From the NCBI GenBank assembly GCA_964490395.1, contig CAZBAS010000006.1:8081-72080 (forward strand): a stretch of 64,000 nucleotides of DNA, written 5' to 3'. Position 1 is the first letter of the stretch. Every line of letters starts with the position of its first letter. This DNA is from an uncultured Candidatus Saccharibacteria bacterium (GTDB lineage: Bacteria; Patescibacteriota; Doudnabacteria; UBA920). This document shows, piece by piece, positions 35,185 to 44,045 of this stretch. The notes under the pieces were generated by a model. It saw only the letters and a program-made list of their open reading frames with translations, ran no database searches and was not told the DNA's origin. The translations under genes were made by a program, and so were the position numbers.

Positions 35185-35295
35185 GGGTTGTTAAAGAGTG
35201 TTAAAAGTCGAAAGTCATCATGTCTATAAAGCCAGCATGTACTATGTCTGGCTTTCGACATTATGGCTTTGGACGTGACGACTTGAGATACGTCT

Positions 35296-36462
35296 ATGGA
35301 TTATTTTGAAATTCTAAAAAAAGATGAGAAGTCATTTGCGCGGACTGGAGTTATTCATACCGCACACGGAGACGTACAAACGCCTCAGTTTTTGCCTATT
35401 GGCACGCGTGGCACCGTAAAAACCGTAACCAGTGAAGAACTTAAATTTTGGGGCGCTACCATGGTACTGGCAAATACCTATCACTTGTGGCAACGGCCAG
35501 GCGACGGGCTTATTTATAAAGCTGGTGGGCTGCATAAATTCATGAACTGGAAAGGGCCCATCTTTACCGACTCGGGTGGATTCCAGGTGTACAGCCTGGC
35601 AAAGATGCGCAAAGTCATGGAAGTGGGTGTGTATTTTCAGTTCGACCTAGATGGCAAACACGAAATACTTTCTCCGGAAAAATCTGTAGACATACAAGCA
35701 AACCTGGGGAGTGATATTTGTTTGATACTCGATGATTTTCCTGGTTACCCGTTTGAACATGCTCGCTCAAGCGAATCCATAGCGCTGACCAACCGCTGGG
35801 CAGAGCGCGCCATGCAGGAATATAAAAAAATAATTCTAGACGGCGACCCCGTAAACCCAGGACAAAAACTGTGGGGTATAGTTCAGGGCGCAAACTTTGA
35901 AGACCTTCGAAAACAGTCTGCCGAGGACATGGCTAAGCTTGGTTTTGAAGGATTTGCCATTGGCGGTGTGGCTGTAGGAGAACCGCATGTGGAAATGATG
36001 AAAGCCATAGACTATGCTGTGCCATATTTGCCGGAAAATACCCCAAAGCATTTACTCGGTGTGGGTACGCCATTCGACATAATTCAAGGTGTGGCCCGTG
36101 GCTGCGATACGTTTGATTGCGTTATTCCAACTCGCGAGGCGCGGCATGGTCGCTTGTATGTTGCCAAGCGAAATGAAGCAGGGGAAGAAGGCTACGAAAC
36201 CATCGACATACGCTTAGAAAAACACAAAGAAGATTTTGTGCCAATTGACGCTACCTGTAATTGTTATGCCTGTCTTCACCATACCCGGGCCTATGTACGG
36301 CACCTCTTCCAGACCGGTGAACCTTTGGGCGAGCGTCTTGCAACCATGCACAATTTACGGTTCTACTTGAACTTTATGGAAAAAATTCGCACTGCTATTC
36401 AGTTCGATTACTTCGACAAAATACTCACAGAATTTAGAGATTATACTGACGTAAAAGAATAG
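35296..36462 (+). CDS. tgt: queuine tRNA-ribosyltransferase
   Basis: Has the TPQFLPIGTRGTVK N-terminus, the zinc-site motif CNCYACLHHTRAY near the C-terminus, and the Tgt TIM-barrel motifs. Confidence 0.9.
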   Translation: MDYFEILKKDEKSFARTGVIHTAHGDVQTPQFLPIGTRGTVKTVTSEELKFWGATMVLANTYHLWQRPGDGLIYKAGGLHKFMNWKGPIFTDSGGFQVYSLAKMRKVMEVGVYFQFDLDGKHEILSPEKSVDIQANLGSDICLILDDFPGYPFEHARSSESIALTNRWAERAMQEYKKIILDGDPVNPGQKLWGIVQGANFEDLRKQSAEDMAKLGFEGFAIGGVAVGEPHVEMMKAIDYAVPYLPENTPKHLLGVGTPFDIIQGVARGCDTFDCVIPTREARHGRLYVAKRNEAGEEGYETIDIRLEKHKEDFVPIDATCNCYACLHHTRAYVRHLFQTGEPLGERLATMHNLRFYLNFMEKIRTAIQFDYFDKILTEFRDYTDVKE

Positions 36463-36774
36463 CCAATTTTTTCATTTTGACTACTCAGGCAACTAGGGTG
36501 TATCTTTAATTTACTACTATCCCCCATATATGCTGCAAGATATAAACTTTACTCCAATATTTGAATATATTGATGCAAAGAATGATGAACTGCTTGAAAA
36601 AATGCAGGGTATTTTTGCCACCAAAGAAGATGTAAGGTGTATTAATGATAGGCTTGCACAGATCAGTTTTTTTATATAATCTATAAGTAGCTATGAAGGC
36701 GGTGGCGCGCTGGAGCTGAATTGAATAAAGATGGTCCCGCTAAGCGGGACAAATAGGGTGGAACCGCGGGTGAA

Positions 36775-36822
36775 GACTCGTCCCTAGATATAAGTAATTA
36801 TATTTAGAGACGAGTTTTTTGT
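36775..36822 (+). terminator. intrinsic terminator (ACTCGTC ... GACGAGT stem with a 26 nt loop, followed by T6)
   Basis: gACTCGTCcctagatataagtaattatatttagaGACGAGTtttttgtatttt. It would terminate a short upstream transcript (a 49 aa ORF or an ncRNA). Confidence 0.5.
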
Positions 36823-36831
36823 ATTTTCTTG

Positions 36832-36923
36832 TCCCCCTCCTAAGATAGGAGGGGCTAGGGGTGGTATGAGTCATTCGTAATAAATTTCGTACCCCATCTG
36901 ACTTCCCCTATCTTAGGGGAAGG
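36832..36923. repeat. intergenic copies of the GC-rich palindromic element (a complete short version plus an inverted partial copy)
   Basis: tCCCCCTCCtaagataGGAGGGGctaggggtggtatg (near-identical to the in-gene copy at 18607) and cTTCCCCTAtctTAGGGGAAgg. Neither lies in a coding region. Confidence 0.7.
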
Positions 36924-36963
36924 ACAGGACAAACATATGTGCTATTAATAATCGTATATATCT

Positions 36964-38349
36964 ATGGCAAACAATACCGAAATGATGGATAAGATAATTA
37001 GCTTGTGCAAGCGTCGCGGTTTTGTATTTCCGAGCTCGGAAATATATGGCGGCTTCGCTGCAACGTATGATTACGGACCTCTGGGGTTCTTGCTTAAGAA
37101 AAATCTTGAGCAGGCTTGGCGCTATTGGAATACACAAAAGCGTGACGATGTAGTAGAAATAGAGGGCGCCATTTTTATGCATCCACGCGTATGGGAGGCG
37201 AGTGGCCATGTGGGTGGTTTTGCAGATCTTTTAGTGGAAGATCTTGTTACTCATAAGCGGTACCGGGCCGATCACTTAATAGAAGAGGCTGGGCTTATGG
37301 AGAACGCAGGCGGGCTTACCACCGACCAGGCAACCGATCTGATAAAAGCGAAGGGTCTTAAGAGTCCCGATGGCAATGCACTGTCCGATGTGAAAAAATT
37401 CAACCAGTTAGTGAAAACTCACCTCGGTGCTACCGAAGATGATACAACATTGGTGTACTTGAAGGGGGAGAGTTGTCAGAACATTTATCTAGACTGGAAA
37501 GCCGTGCAGGAGACAACTCGGAGAAAGCTGCCGTTTGGTATAGCACAAATAGGTAAGGCTTTTCGCAATGAAATTACCGTAAAGAATTTCTTGTTCCGCA
37601 CGCGCGAGTTCGAACAGATGGATGTGCAGTATTTCTGCAGGCCAGAGGATGCAGACAAGTATTATGAAGAGTGGAAAACGTATCGGATGGATTTTTATGC
37701 TGAGCACATAGGTTTCTCAAAAGAGAACTTGCGCTGGCGCCAGCACGATGACGACGAGCGCGCGTTTTACGCAAGGGATGCCTGGGATATTGAATATAAC
37801 TTTGCCGGTATGGGCTTTAAGGAAATGGAGGGCTTGCATAACCGTGGCAGCTACGATTTAGATCAACATTCTAAATTCTCTGGGCAAGACCTGACTTACT
37901 TTGATGACGCCACGAACGAAAAGTTCAATCCATACATTGTGGAAAGTTCGGCTGGTTTTAACCGATTATTCCTCTCAACATTGTTTGAGTTTTATCGCGA
38001 GGAAGAACGCAATGGTGAAACAAGAACATATTTGGCACTGCCTCCAAAACTTGCCCCGTATAAGGTTGCTGTATTCCCTTTGCTTAAAAACAAGCCAGAG
38101 CTAGTAGAGAAGGCACGAGGTATATACCAAATTCTACGCGAGGCCGGTATAAACGCTGCCTGGGATGACCGAGGAAACGTGGGGAAGCGATACTATAGCC
38201 AAGATGAAATAGGAACCCCATTTTGCATTACAGTAGATTTTGACACCTTGGAAAATGAGAGCGTAACAGTACGCGACCGCGATACCGCAGAGCAGGAGCG
38301 CATTGCTATTGCGGACCTTCCTGCTTACATTGCCAGTAAAATAAAGTAG
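36964..38349 (+). CDS. glyQS: glycine--tRNA ligase (dimeric class II GlyRS)
   Basis: Has the N-terminus FVFPSSEIYGGFAATYDYGPLG and the class II motifs characteristic of the alpha2-type GlyRS. Confidence 0.9.
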   Translation: MANNTEMMDKIISLCKRRGFVFPSSEIYGGFAATYDYGPLGFLLKKNLEQAWRYWNTQKRDDVVEIEGAIFMHPRVWEASGHVGGFADLLVEDLVTHKRYRADHLIEEAGLMENAGGLTTDQATDLIKAKGLKSPDGNALSDVKKFNQLVKTHLGATEDDTTLVYLKGESCQNIYLDWKAVQETTRRKLPFGIAQIGKAFRNEITVKNFLFRTREFEQMDVQYFCRPEDADKYYEEWKTYRMDFYAEHIGFSKENLRWRQHDDDERAFYARDAWDIEYNFAGMGFKEMEGLHNRGSYDLDQHSKFSGQDLTYFDDATNEKFNPYIVESSAGFNRLFLSTLFEFYREEERNGETRTYLALPPKLAPYKVAVFPLLKNKPELVEKARGIYQILREAGINAAWDDRGNVGKRYYSQDEIGTPFCITVDFDTLENESVTVRDRDTAEQERIAIADLPAYIASKIK

Positions 38350-38366
38350 TACTTTTGTTTTTTTGG

Positions 38367-38453
38367 TAAGCAAAATACAACGTTTTCCGCGTTCACGCTA
38401 ATCGTGACCCAAGCAACGCTTAGCGTTGCGGCCACGGAAAACGTTGTATTATA
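38367..38453. repeat. structured palindromic element (16 bp outer stem AATACAACGTTTTCCG / CGGAAAACGTTGTATT enclosing two small hairpins)
   Basis: aatacaacgttttccgcgttCACGctaatCGTGacccaagcAACGCttaGCGTTgcggccacggaaaacgttgtatt. It lies between glyQS and the downstream CYTH gene. Confidence 0.5.
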
Positions 38454-38492
38454 TAAGTTCCCCCTGTGGATATATCTAGCAGATTAAAACAT

Positions 38493-39074
38493 ATGGCTGT
38501 TCACGTAGAAGCAGAAGTTAAATACCACATATCAGAGTCTAGCTATGCACTCTTTCCTAAACTCATAGTGCAGCTGGGGTTTGTAGACGCAGGAGTATTT
38601 GCGCAGGAAGACCGGTATGTAACCTACGAACCCTCTCCTTTAGGGGGGTTCGATTTTGAGCGTATACGTAAGACTGTCGCAGATAATGGAGAGGCGCAGT
38701 ATTCCTGGGACAGAAAATATAGCGCCAAAGATGGTATGGGAAAAAAAGTTCGCTTAGAAGACACCCGTACCACAACAGAACTTGAATATGTTCAGGCCCT
38801 AGGACTTGCCTCAGAAGAGTGTCCTGTAGTACACAAGCGTAGGCATAATTTTACGGGGACTATTGCTCAGTGGCCCGCCACTGTGTCACTGGACATAGTA
38901 AACTTTGGTAGCAAACAGGAGCATTTTATTGAGGCGGAAATTATAACAGATGCTGAACATGGTAGGGAGGCGCGCCAGGTTTGTAAAGATTGGCTCGAGC
39001 ATAATTTAGGCGTAGACACCATACAGGAAGCGCCCGGGTACTTAAAACAGTATTTTGCGAGCATCCAGGAATAA
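38493..39074 (+). CDS. CYTH-domain protein (triphosphate tunnel metalloenzyme / class IV adenylate cyclase-like)
   Basis: Has the N-terminal ExExK motif (VEAEVKY) characteristic of CYTH. The ATG at 38493 is preferred over the GTG at 38466 given in the ORF track. Confidence 0.6.
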   Translation: MAVHVEAEVKYHISESSYALFPKLIVQLGFVDAGVFAQEDRYVTYEPSPLGGFDFERIRKTVADNGEAQYSWDRKYSAKDGMGKKVRLEDTRTTTELEYVQALGLASEECPVVHKRRHNFTGTIAQWPATVSLDIVNFGSKQEHFIEAEIITDAEHGREARQVCKDWLEHNLGVDTIQEAPGYLKQYFASIQE

Positions 39075-39173
39075 TGCGGGGGTTTGCGAAGTCCTATTTG
39101 AATTAGTATTATACATAAGCCAGTCAAAAGCATTGATGGGTCAATGCTCTTTTATTTTTATAGGTGTGCATGT

Positions 39174-40451
39174 ATGAAATTTACCAAACAAGTATTGCCC
39201 AATGGCCTCACTATTATCACTGTACCCAGCCACGACGCCGAGAGCGTAGTTGTGGATGTGTTTATTAAAACTGGTTCTCGAAGTGAGTCAGAAAAAGAGG
39301 CGGGCATTTCTCATTTCCTTGAGCACTTTTTGTTTAAAGGTACAAAGAAATATCCCACAGCACTCGCTATAAACGAAATTGTTGACGGTATTGGCGGGGA
39401 TATGAATGCATTTACCAGCAAGGAGTCTACGCAGTACTATATAAAAGCAAGAAGTAAATACCTGCCGTTAATTTTTGATATTTTAACCGACATGGTCCAG
39501 CAGCCTTTATTTGACCCCGCAGAGCTGGAAAAAGAGAAGGGTGTGATAGTCGAAGAGATGAACATGACCAAGGACAGCCCGCAGTGGGTTGTCGAAGAAG
39601 CATTGGACGTTTTAATGTGGCCGAAAGACGTACTGGGTCAGCCCATTATCGGCCGCAAAGAAACAGTTACTAGTTTTACCCCAGATGTATTTCGAAATTA
39701 CATGCATCGCCACTATCAACCAGGAAACATGATGATTGGCGTGTCCGGAAAGTTTAGCGCAAAAGAGCTACAAAAATTAGTGAAGCAGTCTTGGGGTCCG
39801 CTTAAAAAGCAAAAAGCGGGTGGCTGGCCGAAAGTCGGGGATGTACAAAAGAGTCCTCGTTTTAAATTAATTTTCAAAGAGACTGAACAAGCGCAAGTGG
39901 CTTTTGGTTTTAAAGGTTTTGCTAATAACGATAAACGCAATCCTATTGTGACGGTGCTTTCAACCATTCTTGGAGGCGGTATGAGTAGTAGGCTGTGGGA
40001 TGAGATTCGGGAAAAACGCGGACTGGCTTATTACGTGCGGTGCAGTGGGGGGTCGTATCAAGACACCGGCCAGTTTGTTGTCAGCGCTGGCGTGCAAATC
40101 CCAAAAGTGCAAGAAGCAATTGAGGTTATACTTTCCGAACTTAAACGCACTGTAGATGTTCTGGTGGATGAGAAGGAATTACTTAAGGCAAAAGAATATT
40201 TGAAAGGTAAAACAGCTCTGGCCCTGGAAGATAATCAAGTTCGCCTGGATTGGTACTTGGACCAAGTGGCGTTTAAGAAAAAAATTCTGACACCTCAAGA
40301 GGCATATGACCGCATAGATAAAGTAACCCGCCACGATGTGCAAGCGGTGGCGCGAGAGTTGTTTAAATCCAGCCAGGCTTCTTTGGCGGTATTGGGTCCG
40401 TACAAAGACGGCGGATTGGAAAAGTCTTTACAGAAAGTTTTAAGGTTTTAG
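39174..40451 (+). CDS. M16-family zinc peptidase (insulinase/pitrilysin-like)
   Basis: Has the inverted zinc motif HFLEHFLFKGT (HxxEH) and the GISH..EH region. Start at MKFTKQ. Confidence 0.8.
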   Translation: MKFTKQVLPNGLTIITVPSHDAESVVVDVFIKTGSRSESEKEAGISHFLEHFLFKGTKKYPTALAINEIVDGIGGDMNAFTSKESTQYYIKARSKYLPLIFDILTDMVQQPLFDPAELEKEKGVIVEEMNMTKDSPQWVVEEALDVLMWPKDVLGQPIIGRKETVTSFTPDVFRNYMHRHYQPGNMMIGVSGKFSAKELQKLVKQSWGPLKKQKAGGWPKVGDVQKSPRFKLIFKETEQAQVAFGFKGFANNDKRNPIVTVLSTILGGGMSSRLWDEIREKRGLAYYVRCSGGSYQDTGQFVVSAGVQIPKVQEAIEVILSELKRTVDVLVDEKELLKAKEYLKGKTALALEDNQVRLDWYLDQVAFKKKILTPQEAYDRIDKVTRHDVQAVARELFKSSQASLAVLGPYKDGGLEKSLQKVLRF

Positions 40452-40452
40452 T

Positions 40453-41382
40453 ATGTTCGACTATTCAAAAAGTATCGCATTATTTAGGGATGAATTTGTG
40501 CCGTTCAGTGAAGCCAACGTAAGTATTGCTTCCTCACCAGTTTTATATGGTTTGGCTGTATATACGGTTTTTAACGTAATCTGGAATGATACAGAAAAAC
40601 AGCTGCGTATATTCAGGTTGCGTGACCACTGGAAGCGCCTGTGTAACTCCGCGCGGATAATGGGCTTTGACGATTTTGCGGAGAGCCATCCGTATGAGGC
40701 ATTTGAGTCACGCATGAAGGAGCTGCTGCAGCGGAATAACATACAGGAGAACGTGCTCGTGCGTACCAGTATATTTATAGACGAGCTTATTGCCGGTACA
40801 CGCATTGCCGGCCTGGCTAATAGTTTTTCCGCGTATGTGTACCCCATGGGCCAGTTCTACAAAAAAGAGGGGGTTCATGTCTGTGTTAGCACCTGGCGAC
40901 ATGTAGAGGATGATGCTATTCCAGCTCGCGCCAAAGTAAATGGACTTTACGTGAGTAACAGCCTCATGAAGAACGAAGCATTACTCAATGGTTTTGATGA
41001 AGCTATTTGTTTAGACCGCGATGGACACGTGACCGAAGGTACAGTGGCAAACATTTTCATGGTCCGAGATGGAGTGCTTATAACCCCGGCCGTGACCTCA
41101 GACATTCTTGAAGGGGTAACCCGAGATACTGTTATTAAGCTTGCCGATCATCTAAGCATACCTGTTGCCATCCGCGCTATAGACCGCAGTGAGTTATACA
41201 TGGCTGACGAACTCTTCTTCTGTGGTTCTAGCGCACGCATAACTCCTATACTATCTGTAGACAAGCGTAAGGTGGGCCAGGGCGCCACTGGGCAAATTGC
41301 TCAAAAACTTTTAACCCAGTATGAGCTTTTGCAGTACGGGAAAATTGATATGTTCAATCAATGGCTTACTATTTTAGAATAA
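40453..41382 (+). CDS. class IV PLP-dependent aminotransferase (branched-chain/D-amino-acid aminotransferase or aminodeoxychorismate lyase family)
   Basis: Has a fold-type IV architecture and conserved segments (EGTVANIFMV, ITP....ILEGVTR). Confidence 0.7.
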   Translation: MFDYSKSIALFRDEFVPFSEANVSIASSPVLYGLAVYTVFNVIWNDTEKQLRIFRLRDHWKRLCNSARIMGFDDFAESHPYEAFESRMKELLQRNNIQENVLVRTSIFIDELIAGTRIAGLANSFSAYVYPMGQFYKKEGVHVCVSTWRHVEDDAIPARAKVNGLYVSNSLMKNEALLNGFDEAICLDRDGHVTEGTVANIFMVRDGVLITPAVTSDILEGVTRDTVIKLADHLSIPVAIRAIDRSELYMADELFFCGSSARITPILSVDKRKVGQGATGQIAQKLLTQYELLQYGKIDMFNQWLTILE

Positions 41383-41386
41383 CTAT

Positions 41387-42250
41387 ATGGATATAAAAAT
41401 TGGTTGTCATGTTTCTATTGCGGGAGGAATATTTAATGCACCAAAGAATGCGGCGGATTTGGGGTGTGAGACATTTCAAATTTTTAGCCGGAGTCCACAT
41501 GGGGGACCAGTAGCAGCGCTGACCCCAGAAATTGTAGAGCAGTTTAAGTCAGAAATGGCCAAGTACAAACTGAAAGAGTTTGTTATTCATGCTCCGTATA
41601 TACTGAACTTTGGCTCGGCTAAACCCAGTACTTTTCATGGGTCAATAGCCATTGTTCGCGGCGAGCTGGACCGAGGGAGTCTCCTTGGCGCGAGCTACGT
41701 TATGTTCCATCCTGGGAGCTTTAAAGACCTGGGTGAAGAAGCAGGCATGAAGCAGGCCCAGGAAGGCCTCTTGAAGGTCCTAGACGGCTATACAGGCTCT
41801 ACAAAGCTGCTCATAGAAATATCTGCCGGGGCAGGACAGGTAATAGGCGATACGTTTGAAGAATTGGAAGAGCTTATGAAGCCGCTCAAAAAACATAAGG
41901 GTTTTGGTGGTATTTGCTACGACACCCAGCACGCTTTTGCTTCGGGCTATGACATTCGCACAAAAAAAGACGCGGCCGCAACCTTTAAAAAGTTTGATGC
42001 AGTCATTGGCCTAAAAAACCTACACATGAGCCATGTAAATGACAGCAAACCAGAATTTGCTTCACACAAAGACAGACACGAGCATATAGGCGAGGGGAAT
42101 ATTGGTTTAGAAGGTTTTAAAGCTTTTTTGGGTGAACTCAAAAAGCACTACGCAAAAACCAAAGGAGTATTCCCACTTATTTTAGAAACCGAACACGACA
42201 AGGTGCAAGAAGACATTAATACTATGAAAAAACTGAGGGATGCAGCATAG
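41387..42250 (+). CDS. nfo: endonuclease IV (AP endonuclease family 2)
   Basis: Matches the Nfo TIM-barrel family along its whole length. Histidine clusters in HAPYILN and MFHPGS fit Nfo zinc-site residues. Confidence 0.85.
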   Translation: MDIKIGCHVSIAGGIFNAPKNAADLGCETFQIFSRSPHGGPVAALTPEIVEQFKSEMAKYKLKEFVIHAPYILNFGSAKPSTFHGSIAIVRGELDRGSLLGASYVMFHPGSFKDLGEEAGMKQAQEGLLKVLDGYTGSTKLLIEISAGAGQVIGDTFEELEELMKPLKKHKGFGGICYDTQHAFASGYDIRTKKDAAATFKKFDAVIGLKNLHMSHVNDSKPEFASHKDRHEHIGEGNIGLEGFKAFLGELKKHYAKTKGVFPLILETEHDKVQEDINTMKKLRDAA

Positions 42251-42398
42251 GTGTTATGTTGCTTATGGGCCATATGCTAATTCTAAAAAGTCAAACAGAT
42301 TGTAGGGCTGCGTTAGGCACTCTGATTGACAAAATAATTTTGTCTTAACCTAAACGTCTAAAATTAACTTTGATTATAAATAAAACAAAAAATACATC

Positions 42399-42427
42399 TT
42401 GACCTCTTGTCGTAGCAATGGTAAATT
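42399..42427 (+). promoter_or_regulatory. sigma70-like promoter TTGACC-17 nt-TAAATT upstream of two small ORFs
   Basis: A good -35 with a 17 nt spacer. A 55 aa ORF starts at about 42471, so it falls below the ORF-track cutoff. Confidence 0.45.
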
Positions 42428-42674
42428 CTATACACAGAGTTAAAATTCAGAACTAAGAAACAAACGAATTATGGAGAAAGGTATAGGCTCTAGAGAAAAT
42501 TTTCAAGCAGAATTTTCTGCCCCACACTCAGTCGAAGTGAGTGAGATGAAAACGTCAGAACTTATTGAATTGGTCAATGGAGTTAGGGCAATCCACGAGC
42601 TCAAAGAGCGGATGGGTAATAGAGAAAGCGCCGTTTAGGCGTCGAACGGAAGCGATAGTGTATAATAAATACAT

Positions 42675-42914
42675 ATGAACGAACAGGAACTACAGAGCGT
42701 GATAGATCTTATTTTGGCTTCCGCATTAGACCAAACCATAAAAGATATATTGATACGCGATCTAAAAACAGAAGGACTTACGGATTTTCTCCGTGAGCAG
42801 ATTATTGCTTATTGCGATGATGCATTACAAAAATTGGATGCTAAAGCAGAGGCAGCTAAAAAAGTGCTTGAAGAGCGGGGTGTTGATTATAATTCAGCGA
42901 CTACTGCTGCTTAG
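42675..42914 (+). CDS. small hypothetical protein (79 aa, helical)
   Basis: The ORF is followed immediately by a perfect intrinsic terminator. No family recognised. Confidence 0.4.
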   Translation: MNEQELQSVIDLILASALDQTIKDILIRDLKTEGLTDFLREQIIAYCDDALQKLDAKAEAAKKVLEERGVDYNSATTAA

Positions 42915-42945
42915 AAAACCGGCTTAGTAGCCGGTTTTTTCTTTT
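42915..42945 (+). terminator. intrinsic terminator AAAACCGGCT-tagt-AGCCGGTTTTTT
   Basis: Perfect GC-rich stem with a T6 tail. Confidence 0.75.
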
Positions 42946-42962
42946 GAGCGTATACTACAACT

Positions 42963-43988
42963 ATGAAATTTTCTGAACTCGAATACTCTACAAAAGTCAT
43001 ATTAAAGGTTGTGTTTGTTGTTTTGGCCTTGGCATTTATATGGGCTATCCGCGAAGTTATAGCCGTTTTTTTGCTAGCGGTTGTTTTGGCCTCCGCTTTG
43101 GACCCTTTGGCAGACTATCTAAGCAAACGAAAAATTCCTCGCGCTGTGAGTGTACTTGCGGTGTACGTGATTGTTTTTGGTATTGTGGGTCTGGTGCTGG
43201 CGACCATTGCCCCGTCGCTTGCTACTCAGTTCCATTTACTTAGCAGTAATTTTCCGGAGTATCTCAGCGAACTCCATGCGCGCTATCCAAGCTTCGCAAG
43301 CATTCTACCTGGGTCCAGCCTTGGTGAAATAGTAAGCGGTGTGCTTACGGGTAATGGCGGCGGTTCTGTGTTTACCCGCACGTTGGGCGTATTTAATGGG
43401 CTCCTAGGTTTTGTTACTGTGCTCGTTGTTTCTTTTTACTTAGTTGCTTCTCAGCAAAAGGGTATGAAAGAGCTTATTCGTTCCGTAGTCCCTGCTGGCC
43501 AACGAGAAATGACTATGGGCTTGGTGGAGAAAATCCAACGCAAAATGGGTTTGTGGGTGCTTGGACAAATTATTTTAAGCATTGCTATTTTCATACTTAC
43601 CTTTGTGGGGCTAACCGTGCTGAATGTTAAATATGCGTTGGTGCTCGCGCTCATGGCTGGCCTCTTAGAAGTGGTGCCGTATATTGGTCCCATTGTTTCA
43701 GCAGTTCCTGCACTGTTTTTTGCGCTCATACAAAGTCCTGCGCTTGGTGTGGGGGTGATAGTGTTGTATATAATTATTCAAAAAACCGAAGGCTATGTAC
43801 TTGTCCCGAAGATAATGCACAAGACTGTAGGCGTTTCGCCTTTGGTTGTTATACTCGCCCTCCTTACCGGGTTTAAACTCGCAGGCATAGTGGGTTTACT
43901 CCTTGCAGTGCCTATTGCCGCTGCCGCTACAGTGCTTATAGACGAGTTTTCTGGCGGGCCTTCCGAGCCGAAGTCCGCTCCGTTGTAG
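42963..43988 (+). CDS. AI-2E family transporter (PerM/UPF0118)
   Basis: Has an 8-TM profile and conserved segments typical of AI-2E/UPF0118 permeases. Confidence 0.75.
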   Translation: MKFSELEYSTKVILKVVFVVLALAFIWAIREVIAVFLLAVVLASALDPLADYLSKRKIPRAVSVLAVYVIVFGIVGLVLATIAPSLATQFHLLSSNFPEYLSELHARYPSFASILPGSSLGEIVSGVLTGNGGGSVFTRTLGVFNGLLGFVTVLVVSFYLVASQQKGMKELIRSVVPAGQREMTMGLVEKIQRKMGLWVLGQIILSIAIFILTFVGLTVLNVKYALVLALMAGLLEVVPYIGPIVSAVPALFFALIQSPALGVGVIVLYIIIQKTEGYVLVPKIMHKTVGVSPLVVILALLTGFKLAGIVGLLLAVPIAAAATVLIDEFSGGPSEPKSAPL

Positions 43989-44045
43989 TAAAAATTCAAA
44001 AAAGCTATACTAAAAGGGCTCAAACGAGCTCTTTTTCTTACATCT

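Noticed and set aside
33117-35261. Multiple antisense or alternative-frame ORFs inside pnp (for example 34393..35178(-), 261 aa)
   Set aside because: They lie entirely within the strongly supported PNPase reading frame on the opposite strand or in another frame. Their low-complexity composition is typical of shadow ORFs.
36700-36800. Possible SRP RNA, tmRNA or RNase P RNA in the long tgt-glyQS spacer
   Set aside because: None of the conserved motifs of these RNAs are present. No SRP helix-8 GGAA/AGCAGC motif, no tmRNA tRNA-like ends and no RNase P P4 sequence are seen. It is kept only as an unclassified structured region.
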